Source of the DNA: the human T2T-CHM13v2.0 reference genome, Homo sapiens
Assembly (NCBI RefSeq): GCF_009914755.1
Contig: NC_060941.1
Direction: 5' to 3' (one strand)
Length of the DNA: 64,000 bases
Shown piece after piece: positions 57,251-64,000 of this stretch. Under the pieces are notes generated by a model that saw nothing but the letters and a program-made list of their open reading frames with translations, did not search any database and was not told where the DNA came from. Position 1 is the first letter of the stretch. Every line of letters starts with the position of its first letter. Made by a program: the position numbers and the translations under genes.

Positions 57251-58629
57251 TCACTTGCTTTACTGTATGAAAATGTCTCGTTTTAAAGTGTACTTTAACA
57301 TTTTTGGAATTATGGTCCTTCGATTAATACTTGAGATATTCTCTGCTTCCTTTACAGTGGAGAAAAATGAGGTTAATTATAGAAAAGACTCAACCCTTGA
57401 TCATTAATCCCTAGTAAGAAGAAAAGGTGGGATTAGAATATATGCTTTTTTATTCCACATGCTGGTGTTTTTTGTTTGTTTGTTTGTTTCAATGTCTTGC
57501 TTCTTTAGGCATGCTTGCCCTGTTGTTTCCATTACCCTAGAAGGCCATTATGCATATAAGCAAATCTCTCTATTATGTTAAATCTTCCTACCCACAATAT
57601 TCCGTAGACTACCTTTTGTTACAAGCCATTTCATTGGATTCAGATCAGTCACTGAAACATGATCCTCCCATCAGTACCTGAAACTCATTTAACTCATGAT
57701 GTGAACCTGACGCTAACTTTTGAGGAAATTCATTGTGGCCATTGGTACCATAAAAAATAAGAGAGTTTCAGCTTAAGTTCTAATGTTCTTATTTATTGTT
57801 TATGAAAGTTATACCCAATGTAAAGCAGGATGCTTGAGAAAAAAATAGAGCCAGAACAGTTAAAATTAATACATAACAAGATGGTACAAGGCCTCTGAGT
57901 TGAGTTAATCAATGCAGTTGATAACCCAACAGTAACTGCACTAGCAAGGTGGACATTTTAAAATGATTTAATTTTAAAAACTCAGACTTTTTGTTCCCTT
58001 AACTTCCAAATCACTGTATTTATATTCTTTCCTATTGTGATCCCATTTTATATTTTATTCTTCTTGAGCCTGCAAAATATTACAATAAATTTTGATGTTT
58101 ACTCCTCTTTTGCAAAGATAGCCTAACAAATAATTCTTGATTTATTAAAAAACAACAAACCAACAACTGAGAACAATACTTCATTGTGCTTTGTCCTTTT
58201 TGTTGTTGTTGTTATGAAGGGAATGTAAAGCACTCTGTTTTGAAATGAATAGATGAATGATAATGTGCTCTTCAATGGGACACTGTCTCAAAACCTATTT
58301 TATCTCCGTGACTGGGATCTTCTATGTGCCTCAGTCAGCTGGTTGATCAGCACTAGGTGCTGGGACAAGAGCCAGCCTGGCCTAACAAAGGAGTATGGAA
58401 TTGCCTTGAGCTCTCAGGACCAGACCAACCATTTTTGTATCACTCAACATAGATGAACAATACAGAAACTGACCCCAGATTCATCACTTTACAACCCTTT
58501 CAAAATATCCAAATAAATAAAATGTCTCCATTTACTCAAATGTTTAGTTTTAAAATACAGATTGTATTGAAAAAGTCTGATATATTATTTTCTCCATAGT
58601 ACATGTTGCAAACTAATTTTTTTTAGCAA

Positions 58630-58855
58630 AAATAGCTAACACTTAGTGAATATATACTTTATTCTAAGCACTCTCCAAGCTGCCTTCTCACTTAATCTTC
58701 ACATGAACCCAATTAGTACATACTATTGTTATTAAGGTTGTTAAAACGGGAAAAATAAGGTGTGGAAAGGTTAACATGACATACCTAGGGTTTCATGGCT
58801 AATATGAGGATGAGTCAGATTAGAAACTGGTAAGTATGGTATTACAACCTATCAT
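58630..58855 (-). mobile_element. MIR fragment
   Basis: atagctaacacttagtga...cttaatcttcacatgaaccc...aggttaacatgacatacctagggtttcatggcta. Confidence 0.6.
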
Positions 58856-59242
58856 TTATTATTTCATTAACGTCGTCACGCTTACCATGCTGGCTAAATT
58901 AAGTTATCTGAAAGACTATTTTGTTCTTACAAGAGTGTTGGCGCTATTAGGCAAGAATATTTTCTTCCTATGTAAGACTGAGCTGGAAAAAGGGGATTCA
59001 GAACTGTAATCATCGAGGAAACTTCTTTTCCTAGGTTATAGGGCAAGAGGAACAAAACATTGCTGGAGTGTCCCTGTGAGAACAAGAGACAACAAGACAA
59101 CAAAGTGAGACTTGACTTACTCTCAGAGACCCCCCCTTCCTTGGAGTCAGGGCCAGCAAATTCTTAGAAATTAAACCGGCTATGTGCTCTCATAGCACAA
59201 GCAAGCCAAATGACATGGTAGCAGCAAGCAAAAAAGAAATGT

Positions 59243-59395
59243 ATTTTTTAATTGTTTATTTGTTTAAATTTTATTTCAATCACCTTAGGAGTACAAGTGG
59301 ATTTTTGGTTACATGGATGAGTTGTGGCGTGGTGAATTCTGGGCTTTAAGTGTACCTGTCACTCAAATAGTGTATGTTGTACCCAATCGGTAATT
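59243..59395 (-). mobile_element. L1PB3/4-like 3' terminus with TSD
   Basis: ggagtacaagtggatttttggttacatggatg...gtacccaatcggtaatt; flanks gaaatgtatttt / gaaatatatttt. Confidence 0.8.
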
Positions 59396-59569
59396 AAAAA
59401 TGAAATATATTTTTAAAACATTTTCCCTGTGAGAAGCTTGAATAAATCAAAACACAAACAATTCGTGTCAGAATTGTTCTCTAGCACAAAAGGGATTTGC
59501 CAGATATGAAGGTAGGTCACTTTCTGGAGATGGGACAAAGCCTACATATATACACAAAACCTTTCAAAA

Positions 59570-59581
59570 CTTATGTGTGTG

Positions 59582-59614
<33 letters not shown>

Positions 59615-59895
59615 ATATATGTATATATATGTATAATGTATATATATAAGTATATATGTGTGTATATGTACACCTATATATGTATCAGTATACATATATC
59701 AGTATACATATATTTATATAGAGTTTATATATGATATATATACTAATATAATAATATACTGATGTATTAGTATATATCATATATAATATGTATACTAATA
59801 TATTAGTGTATATATCTTATATAATGATTATATGTTAGTATATATAAGTATATATTATATATATTAGTATATATATTAATATATATTATTAATTA
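59570..59895. repeat. (TA)n/(TG)n-rich low-complexity repeat
   Basis: Long tatatatg/tgtgtg/tatattagta runs. Confidence 0.9.
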
Positions 59896-60319
59896 TCTTC
59901 TGCAAACCTTTCTAAGTTGCTGCATGGATTCTGTAATTCCGGACTTCTTTTCCCCTTTACTGTCAATCCTAAGGCAACAGGAATACTTAACAACAACAGT
60001 TATTTTGAAAGGATGCTTCTTGGCCCTTCTCGCTAACTGCTTAAATCATTCCTCTGTGTTAAGAAATGAAAAAAAAAATCCTTACTCAATTCCTGGTGGT
60101 TTCTAGTTGATTGACTTCTAATGAGCTATCTGGCATCAGCAGCTCCATGAGGCTGAAAAGATTTTTCCCATTCTCTGATTTAGGCCAGTCTTGCGTTCAG
60201 TTTGAACATTTTTGCATAGCTCATTCAATGCACGAAAATGAATATAGACCACAAAGAAATGTTCTTTAAAAACTATGTCAGAGACAAAGATGTCTTATAT
60301 CATTTTTAATCCATCACTA

Positions 60320-60630
<311 letters not shown>

Positions 60631-60633
60631 TTA

Positions 60634-60635
<2 letters not shown>

Positions 60636-60703
<68 letters not shown>
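60636..60703. repeat. (TG)n microsatellite, interrupted
   Basis: cgtgtgtgtg...tatatgtatatgtgtgtg. Confidence 0.9.
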
Positions 60704-61119
60704 GTAATTAACAACATACATAATACTTAACCAAGCCCCTTATTTTTTCCACTTTTACCACACAAGTTACTTGAAGAGAAATTGTTGTCATTTTTCATGA
60801 TCATTTCCTCACCATAGGGAGTTAGAAGCATAAATAGACATTTGCAATAACCCCATCCTCCCAAACGTCCTCTTCTCCAGCTCCCAAGTTTCTTCTTTTG
60901 CTCTTTTCTTCCTGTTCCCTCTTTCCATTTCTCAATCTCTGTTTGAGTTAACATTAGCTTAGAAGAGCAATGGATTCTGAGACCTTCTACGCATTCTAGT
61001 TCGTTTTGTTACCAAATAAGTACTTAATTCGTTGAAAGAAAGAATCTGATTTCATTAATGAGGAAATAAAGTATGTGTTCAACCCAGGAACAAGAAAAGA
61101 ACAAAAAATCAGCAAGATG

Positions 61120-61250
61120 GCTATAAGGGTAGGTTATAGAACCAGACAGGTGGCTTCAAATATGGGCCCCTTTCCTTTGCTAATGACGTGAACTTGGTTG
61201 ACTTGTTCACACTCAAAAGACTCAATCTTTTCATCTGCCAAATGGGATTC
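61120..61250 (+). mobile_element. MIR fragment
   Basis: agaaccagacagg...gtgaacttggttgacttgttcacactc...ctcaatcttttcatctgccaaatggg. Confidence 0.5.
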
Positions 61251-62316
61251 ATGTCAGTTTTCTAGGAAATCAGCAGGCTTAATAAATAGCATCCCTCTTT
61301 CCCATCCATGTTCTAAAAATGTTGAGAAAGTGTGAAAAAAAGAAGCAGATGGGGTCAAAATTTTCACCTTGATTCATGATAACTACTAAGTGAGATGATG
61401 TAGCTTAGTGTCTGAGCCAAATAAACCTACCAAGTAAATATGAGACTGAGACACTTAACCACCTGCACATGCCAGACCAGACCTGAAATGCAAAGACCAC
61501 AAAGGTTACACATCGGGCATGGAGGTACGTCACCTACTGACTTTTTGATGGGAGAGGAGGAGAAGAAGAAGTAAATAAAAGAAAAAAGGAAGAGCTGAAG
61601 TCAGTACACCCAAATTATTGTCCTCAAATTTACTAGTTCGATGAATCATCTTATTACTTCTGGTAAAATAGTGATTAAAGGTTAGAAAAAGACAGAAGTG
61701 TTTATATCGGGGGAAACTTCAGGGGCTGGAAAGAACTATTCCCCCATAATTTTCCCCCAGGTTTCTGAGGTCTTAACCCTTTGTGTCTAGACATTGCACT
61801 CATCATCAGTCAATAAGCCGCTACCCACTCAGGGAAGGAGAGCAGCATTTTTTTTTACAACAGCCTTGTGTCCAGGTTCTTGTACTTTTCCAATACCAGC
61901 CATACCTCCACTGGGTTGTCTCCTAGACCTACAAGTGGCTGTTTTACATTTTGTTCCCAGAAGACTCTGGAATGAGTCACAATAAAATGTTAAATAAATG
62001 GACTCTAAGGTGGTATTTTACCCAAAGCTGAAAATTCATACCCTGATCTCTTTCTTAACCTCGAACTATGTCCAGCCATATTATTCAATGTAGCCTACTA
62101 GGGCACTGCAAAAAGTTTGAATGTAAACCTCATGAGTCAATAATAAAATTTCTCCCAACTAGGGATTCCAGAAAGAAGTTAATTCAAGTAGTCTTTTGCT
62201 TGTTAAAGTTTGTTTCTTATATATAATAGTCCAAAAGAACCCCCCATCGAATTCTTTTTTATTTGCAAATTACAGATAATTTTGCAAATGTAAGATTATA
62301 TATATATATGTGTATA

Positions 62317-63505
62317 TGGTCATGTGCCACATAATGACGTTTCAGTCAAGGATGGACCACATGTATGAAAGTAGTCCCATAAGATTATAATGGAGCTGAA
62401 AAATTGCTATAGCCTGCTGACTTCTTAGCCTTTGTAGTCATATCACAATGCATTAGTCACATGTTTGTGGTGATGCTGGTATAAACACAACTATTGCTCT
62501 GCCAGTCTTACAAAAGTCTAGCACAGGCAACTATGTATAGTACATAATACTAGACTGTTATAATAAATTACTATGTTACTGGTTTATGTATTTACTGTGT
62601 TATATTTTTATGGTTATTTTAAAGTATACTCCTACTTACAAAAAATATGTTAACTGTAAAACAGCCTCAGGCAGGTCCTTGTAGGAGGGATTCCAGAAGA
62701 AGGCATTGTTATCACAGAAGATGACAGGTTCATGCATGTTATTGCCCCTGAAGACAGCGGGACAAGAGGTGAAGAAGAAAAACAGTGATATTGATGACCA
62801 TGACTGTGTGTTGTCTCAGGCTACTGTGTGTGTTTGTGTTTTAGTCTTTAACAAAAATGTTTTAAAATTAAAAAATAAAATAAAAAGAAGAAAGTGTATA
62901 GAATAAGTACATAAAGAAAAAATATTTTTTGTACAGCTGTACAATGAGTGTTTTAAACTAAGCGTTATTACAAAAAAAGTCAAAAAGTTAAAAAACGTGA
63001 GAAAGTTTATAAAGTAAAAAAGTTACAGTAAGCTAAGGTTAATTTATTGTTGAAGAAAAATATTTTAAATACATTTAGTGTATCCTAAGTGTACAGTGTT
63101 TATAAAGTCTAAAGTAGTATACAGTAATCTCCTAGACCTTCACATTCACTACCACTCACTCACAGACTCACCCAAAGCAACTTCCAGTCCTGTAAGCTCC
63201 ATTCATGGTATACCAGTGTGCTATACAGGTGTACTATATTTCATTTTTCATCGAGTATTTTTACTGTACCTTTTCTATATTTAGATACATAAATACCATT
63301 GTGTTACAATTACTGACAATATTCCTTGAAGTCATATACAGGTTTATAGCCTAGGAGCAATAGGCTATACCATACGACCTAAGTGTATAGTAGCATCTAC
63401 CATCTAGGTTTGTGTAAGTACACTCCATGATGTTCGCACAACAACAAAATCACCTTAGGATGCATTTCTCAGAATGTATCCCCATCATTAAGCACTGCAT
63501 GACTG
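62317..63505 (+). mobile_element. Tigger3b (Golem) DNA transposon, near full length
   Basis: gtcatgtgccacataatgacgtttcagtcaa...cccataagattataatggagctgaaaaatt...cattaagcactgcatgactg, TA flanks, about 1.19 kb. Confidence 0.9.
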
Positions 63506-63569
63506 TATGTGTATGTATATATATGTATTTATTTACATACATATATAATAAAATGGATCCCACCCTGCC

Positions 63570-64000
63570 TTTTTTATTTTCAACTTTTATTTTAAGTTCA
63601 GGTGTATAAGTGCAGGTTTGTTGCATAGGTAAAATTGTGTCACGGGGGTTTGTTCTACAGATTATTTCATCACCCAGACACTAAGCCTAGTACTCATTAC
63701 TATTTTTCCTGATCCTCTCCCTCCTCTCACCCTCCACCCTCTGATAGGTCCTAGTGTGTATTGTTACTCTCTATGTGTCTACATGTTCTCATCATTTAGC
63801 TCCCACTTACAAGTGAGAATATGTGGTATTTGGTTTTCTGTTCCTGTGTTAGTTTGCTAAGGATAATGGCCTCCAGCTCCGTCCATGACCCTGCAAATGA
63901 TGTGATCTCATTTCTTTTTGTGGCTGCATTGTATTCCATGGTGTATGTGTACCACATTTTCTTTATCCAGTCTGTCATTCATGGGCATTTTGGTAGATTC
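63570..64000 (-). mobile_element. L1PA13-16 3' end, runs off the window
   Basis: caacttttattttaagttcagg...tttagctcccacttacaagtgagaat...tagtttgctaaggataatggcctccagctcc. Confidence 0.9.

Overview
AT-rich, CpG-depleted primate (human-like) genomic DNA that looks intergenic or deep intronic. I can support no protein-coding exon; the ORF-track entries are Alu, L1, LTR, mariner or simple-repeat read-throughs, or chance ORFs. The window is a mosaic of interspersed repeats: about 15 Alus (J, S and Y types), many L1, L2 and MIR fragments, a near full-length HSMAR2 mariner, complete MER44A, MER1A and Tigger3b DNA elements, and a cluster of solo LTRs (THE1A, HERV-W LTR17, THE1C, MSTA; further on LTR33-like, LTR27/28-like and MLT1F). 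Subfamily names come from my recall of consensus sequences, not from a database search. The most notable non-repeat signals are: (1) an unexplained 19-bp perfect inverted repeat enclosing three degenerate direct repeats (22780-22931), with a near-perfect ETS-CRE composite motif about 125 bp downstream; (2) an intact, CpG-rich HERV-W solo LTR followed 52 nt downstream by a consensus splice donor; (3) several candidate non-coding exons, one bracketed by inverted Alus; (4) a candidate recursive-splice or micro-exon motif; (5) a strong CTCF motif. I cannot identify the locus and cannot establish a novel system from sequence alone.
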